Positions 51,400 to 64,000 of a stretch of DNA of 64,000 nt are shown piece by piece. Position 1 is the stretch's first letter; every line of letters begins with the position of its first letter. The notes under the pieces were generated by a model, which was not told the origin of the DNA, did no database searches, and saw only the letters and a program-made list of their open reading frames with translations. The translations under genes were made by a program, and so were the position numbers. The stretch comes from Vicugna vicugna (taxonomy: Eukaryota), in the NCBI GenBank assembly GCA_013265495.1, contig MU061579.1:3097319-3161318 (forward strand), given 5' to 3'.

Positions 51400-51990
51400 C
51401 TAATTCAATTCAACAAATATCTGAAGTTTGCAGGTTATACTGCACAATTTTCTACATACTACGCAGTCTGCATATCACAGGGAGAGCAGACATTAATAAG
51501 TTATAGCCCTGCCTTCAAAGAAGTTACGATTCCCCAAATGAAATCCAAAGATCTTTGCAGAAAATCATTACATATGGATAAAATAATCAGCCATCTGATT
51601 TTCTGGGGCATCAAGCAAAACATATTGAAGATGATAGATACTGAAATGGGTGTTGAAAACTGCACCAGGAGCAGCAAGTTCAGTGATGGCATTCTTGGAC
51701 AGGAGACTACCTTGGGAAGAGACACAAAAGCCATAGAGTAAAAGACACGTTTACAAAAGGATAAGGAAACATTGAGCTATATTGCAAGTTACCTGGGAAG
51801 AAGAGTTAAGTGTAGAAATGAGCAAACTGTTATTTCAGGACCTCCATCAACATTTCTCAATCACGAGCTGTCTTATTTTTCAAAATAATAAGGTTGGAAC
51901 ACATCAGACGTCTGAATTTAAAACGTATGCTTAATTTGTTAGACAACAGGGAACCATACAGTTTTATAAATTCATGTTTAAATTCAAAGA
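51400..51990 (-). mobile_element. Decayed L2 fragments
   Basis: ATTCAATTCAACAAATATCTGA, AGCCCTGCCTTCAAAGAAGTTAC, GTTAGACAACAGGGAACCAT. Confidence 0.5.
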
Positions 51991-52779
51991 TATTTTTATT
52001 TCTTTATAAGAATTTAGAAAGGCATTTTGGGGTGTCCCATGTCAACTGTTCTGATGAAATTTAAAGTGGCACATTCCTTTTCCATCGATAATTTCCCCAT
52101 AGAAAGAAGTTATTCAAAATCCTCCATTGCTCTTCAATTACTCTTTTCAAAAACAGCCTATCTTTATTTTTTCCCTCTTGAATCTAGAGGGCAAGGTGTT
52201 AAAATTAAATGAGTGAATAGAAGCAAATTTGAAATTGAGGTCTAAATTTGACAAATAGAAAATAAGCTGAAATTTAAAGGGACAAAGGGTGAGAGCTACT
52301 TAAGGAATGCAAAATATCAGAGAAAAAAAAACATCTTCTCTGGGGCCCTCCTATTTTGCACTTCCTCTTTCCTTTCCTGATGTTTTTGCCAAACAGAAAG
52401 ACTTCAGCAAACTTTACTAAGTATTTTCCCCCAATGCATTCCTAGTCTAGACAATTTAGTTGGAAACTTTATTACTAAGGAGAAACTGAGACAGTTATAG
52501 AAATGGAAGGCACAGGCAGGTGAGAGGACCAAGTTCCCTGGCCATAGACTGAGGCTGATGACAGGGCATCTTATCAATAAGAAGCTTGGGATGTGATGCA
52601 GGGAAAATAAAGACAAGAGAACATGTTAATCCTAATTGCTTTACCAGCACAGAGAAGCAAAGGAACCCTTGGAACTCAGTGTTGATATGCGCTCCGTGAT
52701 GGAGCATTGCTTGGAAGAAAGGATATTCTCAGGGAAGTACTAGAATTTTATAACTGCTTAAGCTTTACATTTCAATGGG

Positions 52780-52907
52780 TAGAGGAGCCATACAATTTGT
52801 CATTCAAACTACGGTGCTTCTGAATTAAAGGGAGGTCCATATATAATAAATTGGCATTTTTTTGACCGACCAAATGTTCAAACTGGCAGAGTTACACGGT
52901 GACTCTA
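52780..52907 (+). mobile_element. Non-autonomous hAT DNA transposon (MER94-like)
   Basis: Degenerate terminal inverted repeats TAGAGGAGCCAT...ACGGTGACTCTA; 8-bp TSD (T/C)CAATGGG at 52772-52779 and 52908-52915. Confidence 0.65.
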
Positions 52908-53171
52908 CCAATGGGGCTTTATCACAAGCCTCATTGTTTAGAGGGATTGAAACTCCTGTCCCGACTTTTGGATGTTTACAAACGGGACATTTCAAATTCA
53001 GCTGCTAAGAACTTAAGGAAAGAAATAAAGAACATGAAGCTGGAACTGAAGTCTCTGGAAATCTTCAAAATGGCCTAGAGAACACAGGAACCGAGTATAG
53101 TGAGGCCTTTAGAGAGCATCTCCTCCAGCCTCAGCACCTGCAGAATTTTCTAATGGAGAACTCGAGAACCT

Positions 53172-53190
53172 CGCGCGCCCCCTGCTGGTA
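53172..53190 (-). promoter_or_regulatory. CTCF binding motif (candidate insulator or loop anchor)
   Basis: Minus strand TACCAGCAGGGGGCGCGCG matches core CCASYAGRKGGCRS exactly; local CpG cluster. Confidence 0.75.
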
Positions 53191-54164
53191 GGGCGGCAAC
53201 AGCTCGGATGCCTGGCCACAGCCCTAGCCCAAGTGGCTTTACTGAACCCCTCATATCTGTAAGAAATATTACTATTTTAATACTAGCAAGAATATAAATT
53301 AGGACTGTCATCCTCTTCTTACATTTCAGACCCTAAATGCCATCATATTTAAGCCCATTAGACGTGATAACCAGATAAGTCCATTTTTACATTGGGCATT
53401 TTTTTCAATGTGTTTATGTGCTCTGTGTCTTTAGTTTTCCGGAAAAAAAGATACTTGTAAAAGTAACATTTTCCTCTGTCTATTTCCTTTTAACTAATTA
53501 TTCTAGAGTCTTCCTTTGTCATTTTTTGGTGTAACAAAGGAACTCAATAATTATAGTTGACTGTGTATGAATCACTAAAATATTGATTAAATCACTGAAA
53601 GCTGCCAACTTTTGGGGAAACTGCCATCTTTTTAGTCATCCTTCAGTTTCTAAATAGTCTAATGAATTGAACAATGGAAAAATTCAGGAAACCTGTAAAG
53701 ATAGTTCTAAGCCAAGAAATAATCTTTTTTTTTTTGTATTCTATGTGTGGGCCTGAATTTTTAACCACTTACGCTTAGATGTCATTTTTTTTTTCATTTT
53801 GAAATCAATGCCAAACTGCTACCTAGTGCTTGATAAATTCTAAGCTGTTTTTCTATTTTACACTTTTTAAATACGGAATCTCTAACATACCACTTATGCA
53901 TGCTGTAATAAAAATAGAGGAAATAAAGCCTTGCTTCTTGCCAGTGCTTACGTAGATGCAGCATCCAAAAAACAACATTCATCTTTTAAGGAAGATGTCA
54001 CTGTGTTCCCATTTTAATAGGTCTGTTAATTTATTTGAAGAAAAGCATGATCTTAGAGGGAAAAAATAAAATGTCTACGTACTTTACCAGTTTGCAGTAT
54101 ATTTGCTGATGCTTCCATCTTAAGTATATGACATCAGGGTACAATACAAATCATGACAAAAAAG

Positions 54165-54370
54165 ATAGATGCTATAATAATAACAAACATGTATTTCTAT
54201 TATGTGCTTTGCATTAATAGAATTATGCATATTATGTATATTAACACCTTAATCCTTATAGTAACCATAAGAGATGGTGCTCTATTTTTACTTACAAGGG
54301 AGGGAATTAAGGCACAGAGGCAGCTGATAAGGGGCAAAGTCGAGAGTCAAACACAAGCAATCTTGCTGTA
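54165..54370 (-). mobile_element. MIR
   Basis: TTAATCCTTATAGTAACCATAAGAGATGG...GAATTAAGGCACAGAG. Confidence 0.65.
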
Positions 54371-54683
54371 TAATTAGTAGCACAGGTAAAGAACGACACA
54401 CAGTGTAACATATAATACACTTTTGGCAGAGACAGTGTAAGATACGCTGGGAGTAGGCAAAGCCTGTTGAAAATTAAAATATCCTGACAATATATATTTG
54501 TAAGTGTATCAATGATCCAATGGTGATTTGATTATCCAGAAGCCGTCATCACTGAATACTTCAGTGAGCAACCATTGAGTTTACATGAGTCAGTTTCCTA
54601 AAGCACACTCGGTTGTTTTCACTTGAATTTCACATGTGACTCTTCTATACCATGTTATTTTCCCTGTATATTTTGTATGCACC

Positions 54684-54729
54684 TGTATGTGTGCCTGTGT
54701 GTGCGTGTGTGCGTGTGTGCACACGCACG
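54684..54729. repeat. (TG/CG)n alternating purine-pyrimidine tract
   Basis: TGTGTGTGCGTGTGTGCGTGTGTGCACACGCACG. Confidence 0.85.
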
Positions 54730-57429
54730 GGGTGGGTAGCATACAGGGAGAGAGAGTTGCAGCCCTCAGATGCGATTCCCTTTGGAAAGTTTGAGAAACG
54801 GTGGTTTAACACAATCTTTTTTCTCTGATTCTAGGTCTGGGGTATATTTGAGGATTTTAGGGTTTAAACTGCCGCCAAGAAGGCTGCTCCTGTTATCATA
54901 TTGAACAGATGCTGCCAGCTCTTAAGCTCCAGATATTTCTGTAGAAGCTCTTCTAACTCTTTTAAGAAAAGCAAAAGGTAGGATCAGGCTACTACAAAGC
55001 TGCCTGTGGTATTTTATCCCACAAGGTGACAGATTTCCTCAAGATGAAACTTTCCAAGGCATAAGCCAGTTCAAAAAGAGTTCTTAATTGTTTCTTTCTA
55101 AACTTTGTTCACACCAACTTTTAATTCATTTTGCTTAAATGGAATTTTATTGAGGCTGTCAGAAGCCGACTGCATGCTGGGAGTCATATGAAACCAAAAA
55201 CATTATCCAGGACTAAGTAACAGCTGGAAAGAAACTATGGGACCTCCCACATACCCTCCACTGAGATGGAGACAATGGGTGAGTTATTTGACAGAATAAT
55301 AGCAACAGCTGCCAAGTAGGTCGTTTTTAAAAACCCAACTTTGAAACTTTCCAAATCGAAATGCACAGGCTTCTGGGAGCACATAGAGGTGAAAAAACAT
55401 ATTTCAGGATATCCCTTCGCCAAATGAAACTTGATATTAGCAGAAACTTGATGGGCCATATTTCATATCACTATAATATAATCCGTTTGGAAATATTTCA
55501 ATTGAGATGACTATTATCTTAATTTGTAGGCCTAACATCAGTTCCTGATAGTACAAATTAACAATTGGCAACTATCTCATAAGTCAGATAGTGTATATCA
55601 CCATTATGTGTCTCCCAAATAATCTTTTCACCTTTTTCCAAATAATTTATCATAAACAACAACCCCCAAAATTGCACACACATCTGAGAATATATCCCAC
55701 TCACGAGCATAAAAATTTAGACTTTTAAATTAAAATATATAATATTTTCAAATTAATGTGATTGTTGGGTTTAAAATAAAATGTTTTCAATAAGAAGATA
55801 GAAGATGGTAAATACTATGGAGCTGTCTTTTCTCTTTAATCTTTACCTACTACAGTGTCACATCATTTATTAAATTGTTAGTGGTACTCCCCCTCAGGGA
55901 TTTATTAAAGGGAAGGAAGTCCTCATTATCACTAATGGTGGTCAAATCCCTACACTCTGCTGAATGCCACAAATACAGCAGAGAAAGAAATATTTAAGAA
56001 AAGCACAGTGTAAGGCAATCTCGTGAAATCAGAAGTAAAAGATTAACTCATATTGTTTTTTTCTTAATTAACAGGATTTCACTCTTGTCTCCCCACTAGG
56101 TAGGCATATTGTCAGTGAAGTGAATTAAAGCAATATCATTTAAATGCCCAGCAATTAAACTTGAGTGGAGTAACTCAGCTGCGGAATGAATAGATTTTGT
56201 AAGGGCATAGCCAAGTTTAAAATCTGAATCTGTTTCTTTATCTATCTAGGAAATGGACCATCTCACAGCTAAAATGGAGACCATAATAGATGGACAGCAC
56301 ATAGTATAGATGAGATTTTGCATGGATTATAGTTTTATAAAAGAACATAATAGGAACTATTTTATTTTTTCCACTTTACGTCAATAATGAAATCTGGCTA
56401 TACATTCTCAGAGAGATGCCAACCACAGCCATGGTCCTAACCACTTGTTTGGCTGCGTAAAAACTGTGCTGAAGAGGACAGATGATTTTCATATCATGTT
56501 TTATTATTTAGCTGTAACTTGGAGAGTTGCTTTAGTGTTAAGGTGAGCTTAGCCGTGTTTTGAGATCATGCTTTGTGAAAGCAGATGCTATTGTATAAAT
56601 CCCTATTCTGGTGAAATAGATGATTCAGGAAGATGAAGGATGCTGGTGCTCTGAAAGTTCTATGATCTTTCCCTTTTGACCGCATAGACAAGAAAGGCTC
56701 CCTGGGAGAGAGTTTAGAGATGCGAGAATATAACCTAATGGATAAAAGTGTAAGGGCATTTGAAGTGGACGCTCAGTCTTTGATATTGCCAGCAGGAGCC
56801 TCAAGTGGCTGAGTTTTTGTTATGCAGGTTTTGGAAGAACAGGAAGGAGCTGTATATTCATAAAAGTCAGTTGTTTTATGAGCAGTCCATACAAGTTGAA
56901 ACTTGAAACAAATGTGAAATAAGAGTAGAAATAATACCGAGAAATAAACTCTTTTAAACCCTTTGTGTTATCTTGACTTTAACGAGTAATTATTTTCCCA
57001 AAAGTGCATTCTGTTTAATCTACTGAACCCTGGACTCGTTAGAGAGTAGCAACACAAAAGTGACAGGTCTTAAGTCAAAGTTTTGCTATTCAAATCACCC
57101 GAGATCAGATTTCAATATTTTGAAAAGATTTTCTAACAGCAGCCTCTTTGAAAACACCTTTCACAGTACAGCTCACAGCTGGCTCCAAGGGGATTAACTG
57201 CCTAAGAGCTGCCAGCTTTTCCCATTCCTAATTAATACTCTCACGAGACTGGTTACTTTTGGTTTGGTAGGTCCTTAGAATGAACATTGTGCCCTTGAGT
57301 GATTCCGCAGGTGATCCTGGAAACCAAATGGCTAAACATCAGTCACATATCAGGAAAAGGCTTTTCAGTTTCTAGCCATGTACCCCCGGAGTTCCTCTTC
57401 CAAAGATCCAGCTCCCTACTCCATTTCCT

Positions 57430-58020
57430 CCCAGCCCTTCCTCTCAGTCACCCTGTATATTTCAAAGCTAGAACCACACTTGCCTTCATCCCCCAAATAG
57501 TTGCCTGTTTCCTTCTGTCTTCCATATTTTAATCAAAAGCATAGCCACGTACCTCATATTCAAACTTAAAACCTAGGATTCATTCCTGACTTCTCAGTAT
57601 CTTTGAAATTCCATTAACTCCATAAATCATGAATAAGTCCTCAAAAATATCTTTCTAATCCATGCACTTCCTTCCATTTTGATTCCATTATACTAGTCCA
57701 GGGACCTAGCCTTTTTAGCTTGTAATAAACATCTTTTATCAACCTTCCAAAGATCTACTGGGCCCCGCCACCTACCCCAGACACATGCACAGCCTTCTCT
57801 ATAATCCGGTTTTTAGACTAGGACCATCATGATGGTTTAAATATAAATAGAATTTGTTCATAAAATTTGTTTAAGTTATCTTCATAACTTTGCTCTGCAC
57901 TTAGAAATATATAAACTTTATGAAAACAGGAACTGCATCTCAATGTATTGGTGTTAGCTATCACATTACTTTGCACACAGTAATCACTCAATAAAATATA
58001 TTTTTTCAAATGAACAACCT
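57430..58020 (+). mobile_element. Decayed L2 fragments
   Basis: AAACCTAGGATTCATTCCTGACTTCTC, CTAGTCCAGG, CACAGTAATCACTCAATAAAATAT. Confidence 0.5.
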
Positions 58021-58597
58021 TCTCATTTTGATATTATACCTCCCATACATAATTAATTCCACTTGGCCAGAGACAGCTCTTCTGTATAATGTATCCCATT
58101 GTGCAGTCTCCTGAACCGTCTCTTAGTCGTCCTCATCTCCTTTCTGTTACAGAACAATGTGTATTCAGACATTTTGGCTACAAACCGGATTCACTGAAAA
58201 GGGAAAAATGTTTTGATTATATGCAGAACATTATCTTTGGAAGTGTGATAAGCTTTTAAATTTATTTACTTATTCTTGTTTTTTGCTTTATTTAATACTC
58301 ATATATAGATGCTATTTCTGGAGATTAAGAATTATTTAATAATCGTTTCCTTTTTCGAAAGAGGATTAATCTCACTTCTCTTCATATAATGGAACTCTCA
58401 GGACAAATGAGAGTTAAGAATGTTCTTTTCCATAAAGAGAATTCATTACCGCACCACCTGCTAGCACGGTCATCAGATTACCATTCTTTCTCTAATGGGT
58501 ATCACTTTTCAGACACTTTTACTGGGTGTTAAAAATTAAATATGGCAGTTAGAATTTCCGAAGAAAAGTTTTAAGTACTAAGAAGGAAAACTGGAAA

Positions 58598-58627
58598 GTG
58601 TGCGCGCGCACACACACACACACACAC
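58598..58627. repeat. (GC)n(AC)n microsatellite
   Basis: GTGTGCGCGCGCACACACACACACACACAC. Confidence 0.9.
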
Positions 58628-59004
58628 TCTTTGTGATGTCTATTATGAGAAAGAAATGGTACACACTTAGAAAAACTATGTCTACCATCTAAAACACCTA
58701 CCAAATGTATGTTGCCCAGTCTCATAGTTTAAAATATCTATTTAAATATATGTATTTTCAATTTCTTCCATTAACTTAACGTAATCTAAATTTCAAAATC
58801 AAATAATTAAATGATAACTGTTATGCCTCTTGTTTACGATTCCTAAAGTAGTAGTCCTTTTTTAATGTTAAAAAAGACACTATCAAGTTGTGGCTCTAGA
58901 TAAGTAGAGAGATTTTGTAGCTTTATAGGCAAAAAGTAAAAGAAACTACCATGTGAGTCTACAAACAGTTTCTTATTTCTCATCTTCAACACACGGTAAT
59001 CAGA

Positions 59005-59285
59005 TTTCTCTTCAGATGTCCACTCAGTGAAAGTCCTTCCTCAGCCACCAATCTAAGACAGCAGGCCCCACTCTGTCATATTCTGTCTCCTTAGCTTGTT
59101 TCATTTCCCCTCATAATATTCATCATATCTGATATCATGGTATGTATCCAACTGCGTATCTGTTTATCACATGCTGCCCTGGCCAGAGTAGAAGGTCTAC
59201 TCAGGCAGGCACTTTCTGTTTCACGTTCGTTGACACACCCCAAGGACCTAGCAGGTACTGAGAAAATATTTCTGGAATGAAAGTG
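59005..59285 (+). mobile_element. L2 3' end
   Basis: CAGATGTCCACTCAGTGAAAGTCCTTCCT...CCCCAAGGACCTAGCA...AAATATTTCTGGAATGAA. Confidence 0.7.
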
Positions 59286-60229
59286 CAAGTGATAGTCAGC
59301 CCTCAAAAAAAAGTTGAAGGACAATATACCAGAATATTTGAATACGGTCAGTGCTTTCCTATCTCAATACCCTCCTCCTGCCTGACAATCCCAGGTATAT
59401 GTTATTCAAATTTTCTTTGTCACTTAAATTGCAATTTTTAAGAAGATGAAAAAGAAAGAAAAAACTTCCCTGTTCTCAAAATTTGATTTTGTTTTTCTCT
59501 TTTTATTATTTAACTTTTTTGACAAACATTAACTGTGTAATATGAATATTCAAAATGTATTTGAGTAATTTGTATAGACAAATGTGCTAAAGACTATATT
59601 TACTGAACTTGATTGAATTTATTCCTGTATTATTACTAAAATATATCATATAAAATGTATATAATGTATATAAAATATAAATTTCATAATATGTCATGAG
59701 TCATTGGGAAAATGATATGAATGAATCAAAATGAGCCAAATCACTAATAAATCATATAATTTAAAAAAATCATTTGGAAGCATAACACAATCTAAAGAGT
59801 CATTATCAAAAAAGCTAATAAACTTTAAATAATAATAGTCACCCATTAATCCCAGTATACCAGATTGATACCAGTCTGTTGACCTGTCTTTCTTTCCACC
59901 TTTCATCTGTATCTTTATCTCAATTCACCATCTGTATGGCTTAACTTTATGGTATGATTACTCTTACCTAGCCTTACCTTCTATTTCATGCCTGTAAAAA
60001 AGTCTTCAAATGGGACCCTATCAACCAGTCTTCTTAAATCACCCATCAGGATTTCTGGGTAGTTTTGAAATACATATAAACTTCCAGTAAATTCATAGTT
60101 AACAACCTCAACTGGCTTTCAGTATCATCTGTCAATCTTCATATATTTTCTTAACTACTTTTCTATTTTTTTAAATTTATTTGTAGGTGTCTTTATTCTA
60201 CAGTCTTTTACCATTAATGTCATTTGATG

Positions 60230-60309
60230 GCTTCCTGGTTGTGACAATCTGAAGTGCTTCTAGAAGGTGGGGGTGGGGGGCAGGTATGGTTCCCAGTTGA
60301 GAACCACTG
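60230..60309 (-). mobile_element. MER20-like hAT fragment
   Basis: GGTTGTGACAA...CCCAGTTGAGAACCACTG terminus. Confidence 0.55.
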
Positions 60310-62814
60310 CTCTAACGGATACCATTCTCCACCCCTGCAATTCAGATATCTTGCCTTAAAAATTAATGACTTTTTTGTAGCTTCTCATTCTTCCCAGCAT
60401 CTTTGCAGTAGCATCTAAGTGTGCCCCAATTGTTTTCTCATCTAAAATCAAACTCTTTCAACCCTGTATTTTTTGTTTCATTTCCTGGTTCTGACTTACT
60501 CTGATTTACCTTGAAAAGTTCCTTTCAAAGTCAAAATTTTTGCATCATTGTTCAAACTGACTTTTATTCCATTGCTATCCCCACTGCAATCTTATATCCA
60601 CCCAATTAGTCTGTTGTTCTATCAAATGAACATTTTTCAATCCTTAATATTTGAACATAGTTCACATATTGATTACTCGTTTATTCTCAGATAACACTCT
60701 CTCCTTGGCAACATCTTCTCAATCTTTTGTTCAGGGGCTTCATTCTTCATCCTTCACCAAAATATTGGTGTTGTTACTGGCTCCATATAAACCATCTTTT
60801 TGTTTTTGTTTTCTTTTCCAACTACAAGTTCCAAACTACAAGTTTAATCGAAGAGTTTAAGCCCTTACACTCTTACCTTAAGTACAAAACTCTCTTCTGG
60901 TACCAAGATAATCATCTCTAATGTTTTCTAACTGACTAATAACATTAGCATGAAATGTATCCTCCTTTAAAGTTTTTAAAACATATTTATTATACTCAGT
61001 GAAGTATCTCAGTGATATAATGCATGCCAAGCACAGACCCAGGCATACAGTTCAACCTACATAAATGTTGACATCATTACCATCATCACTACCATCAACA
61101 TTGTAAATGATAGCAAACCTTCTGAAAATGTAATATAAAATTATGGGTATACATTGAAGGAAAATAATAATAGACAATATTTTCTTAATAATGTGAGTGG
61201 TCTGCACATCTGACTTTTTAATACATAAAAAGTTTTATACTTTTAGGTTACTTCATAAAAAAATATACAACTCAGTTACAAGTACCAAAATAACTTTATA
61301 ATGTCTCTGATATACTGAATAAAATATTTTGTTTTTATCTTTGGTATACATATTGATACACCACTTAATACAGTCACTGCAATTATTAAAAAACACAAAT
61401 TCTTCAATATACTCATATATGCATAATTTTAAAAAACTTACTTCCACCTAGCAAACTTCATCATTGTTTACTTAATCACAGTACTTTAATTGAAACTAGA
61501 ATTTTGGGCTTATTAGCTCATTTTCATTCACCACATATGTTTGAATTCCTTCTTCCTACTGAGCACATTAAGAGAAATGGAGTCCAGAATACTGAGTCAC
61601 ATTCCAAAGTCACAAGACTAGTTAGTAAATACACAGATAATACTCCACAGGCATATGCTTCTAGTTTGTTGTTTGATTCACTCATCCAGATTTTTTTCTC
61701 CATCTTTAAAAATATGTAGTGGTAAGTCCTTTAATATGATACTAGGCTTTATTTTGATGGCTCTAACAAATTAGACTCACCCTATTCCAAAATTTAAAAA
61801 AAAAACCAATAATGTGCATAATGAATTCTTCTCATTCTCTGTGCACCTGTTCTCTCTCATTATATCTGAAAATCTGGGACTATTCCAAAGTACTCTGTAA
61901 TGACTTTTTGTAAGCAAGACAAGTAGAAGAAATTCTTCAAGGACAGAATGAATTGGTTTTTGAAACTGTGCTAAATAACCAAGTAGGAGGGAAATGATAG
62001 CAACAGACAGACCACGAGGCATGCATCATTTGGAGGCAGGAAGATTCAAGGGATAAAGAATCATTCTGCCAGTAAATGAATAGGTAAGAAAGTTCAAAAC
62101 AGTTGCAGTTTTTTGAGTATCAGCTCATATTTTCAACTAACAGATTTTTTTTCCTGTATTCATTTTTGGAAAAATATTTAAGCAACAATTTTTTTTTACA
62201 TCTTTGAAGATATCTATAAGGGTAATTATCTCATATGTTTGTAATCACTGAGTATCTATAAATACTACATAGATTTACTTTACTGGCAACTCAAAATTGT
62301 TTCTATTGTCTAACCACTGATGTCATTGTCAGTATTTCAATTTGTCTCAAACTGTGGAGGTTGATATAGGTTAATCATACAAATAAAATCATCAAGGGAG
62401 ACTAAGGTTTATACGTGAGTAAACCCTATCAAAACTCCTCCATTTGAAATAGTAGGGTACCAGCTGAGTTTTAAATAGTTATGTTGACTGTCATCATTAG
62501 CTTTTGAAATATACAGTTTAGTTCTTCAATATGTTGCTTTTTTTGATGGATCAAAAACTCTAATTCACATCATGAAAATTATTCCATATTCTAAAATTCT
62601 AAAATTGCAATAGTTCATACTTCTGTCAGGAGTTCTGGCTGAACTGAGGTAGAAAAAGGGCATATATAGAATTTAAGTCTATTGCTACTGATCCAAACCT
62701 TCCTAAGAAGACTACACGATAAAAAATTAAGACAAAAGTATAGCAGAAAAACTTCAGCTATTAAATCAGTAGGAGTCCTGTAAGATAAATTTTGAAGTGG
62801 AGGAAAATTTTTCT

Positions 62815-62890
62815 CCTTTCCTTCCACCCTCCCTCCGTCCCTTCTTTCCTTCTTCCTTCCTTCCTTCCATTCTTTTTCCCTTCTTCTGTT
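62815..62890. repeat. (CCTT)n-like pyrimidine tract
   Basis: CCTTCTTTCCTTCTTCCTTCCTTCCTTCC. Confidence 0.85.
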
Positions 62891-63234
62891 TCAAAGGAGC
62901 ATATGGATCTACCTTAAGACAATGCCATTCCTGAAATATCATTGTCGTTCTGTGGATTAATGAACCAAGTTTCAGGGAATTAATTACATATTAATATTCA
63001 ACAGACCTGACCCACAAATAAAAGTGACTTCAGTTTACAATGGCTTACAATATTGGTTATATAAAGAGTTTCAGAATATCTTTGGCTTAATTCAAGCTTC
63101 ATTTTCTCTGTTACTTCTTCTTCTATTTACTTATTATGGTATTCCTATTATTACGGTAATATTATGTTATCAATCACAAAACTCTAAGGGCGTTAGCTTT
63201 CAGCAGAGCTAATATATGCTTCAATAAGGGCTAA

Positions 63235-63330
63235 TAAAATAATAATGGCTAATATTTATTGAGCATTTACTTTATGCTAGACACTGTTATCAAGTATGTT
63301 CAATATAATATTTCTTTAACCACTTAAACC
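63235..63330 (-). mobile_element. MIR fragment
   Basis: AATAATAATGGCTAATATTTATTGAGCATTTACTTTATGCTAGACACTGTT. Confidence 0.7.
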
Positions 63331-64000
63331 AAACTATTTAAAAGAAAAAGAAAAAAAATGAATGAAAGCAGAAGCAATAGCTGTGATATTAATGAAAGAA
63401 TACATGAATGGTTTAATTCATCAATTCAGAATTTTCCAAGATTATGTTTTCACTTGTCCTTAATCTTAGTATTGAGTACTGCACATTTCTATCCTTCTAA
63501 CTAAATGCTATGGATTAAAATTAAGTTCTACACTTTGATAGGAAAATGCTACCTCAGAATATTTAAACAGTCTTCTTTGGAAATTGGCTCCCTTTGTTTA
63601 ATGTCAGCATTTTGTGAGTTTCTGCTCCGTTTCAACAGTGACAAGACTTTTAGGAAGAAAATAGCCTCAAAGAAATAATAAGCTGTTGAATTCACACCCA
63701 TCAAGTCTGAGTCTGAGTTGGTCTCAATTTTTAAATGAGGAAAAAAAACTTCCTATGATATTTTAAAATTTATACATGCCAGGATTTGAAGACTTAATTG
63801 AAGTACTTTTTCAGATGGTTGTGCTGTTCAGTAGAGGGTAGAAGAATGTCGTATGGGGGTGGAGGTCATCAGAATTTGTTCCCTGGAGATGAATTACAAG
63901 TGTGTGGGCTCAGGTTAGAAAGACCTATGATCAAATTGAGGCTTCACAACCGATACACTTTGGAAGTTCAGGCAACATCCTCAAAGCTTCTACAACTATA

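Noticed and set aside
51322..51741. 139-aa plus-strand ORF
   Set aside because: It overlaps decayed antisense L2 and has no protein-like features.
1..64000. CRISPR array, operon or other novel multi-gene system
   Set aside because: There is no regularly spaced repeat-spacer array and no gene-dense segment. Recurrent motifs such as GCACAGGGAACTATATT are dispersed L1 3' UTR copies.

Overview
AT-rich, CpG-depleted mammalian non-coding DNA, most likely camelid: two tRNA-derived SINEs resemble the camelid Vic-1 family and the young L1 3' ends are cetartiodactyl-type. I find no credible protein-coding gene, RNA gene or CRISPR array. The only ORFs with recognisable protein are decayed LINE-1 ORF2 C-termini (e.g. 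20137-20535, 6392-6664, 4594-4863). About 1-31 kb is dominated by nested L1 fragments of several ages; about 33-64 kb by solo LTRs (ERV1-like, LTR16, LTR40, MLT1), L2, MIR and small hAT elements. Most notable are a 45-bp duplication enclosing a templated insertion copied from 2.4 kb away, two twin-primed (5'-inverted) L1s, a perfect CpG-retaining CTCF motif beside a MIR relic, a run of nine co-oriented LTRs hinting at a minus-strand host transcript, and two heavily decayed retroelement coding relics. I cannot support a novel multi-gene biological system here. Repeat subfamily names come from recalled consensus similarity, not a database search, and most boundaries without TSDs are approximate.
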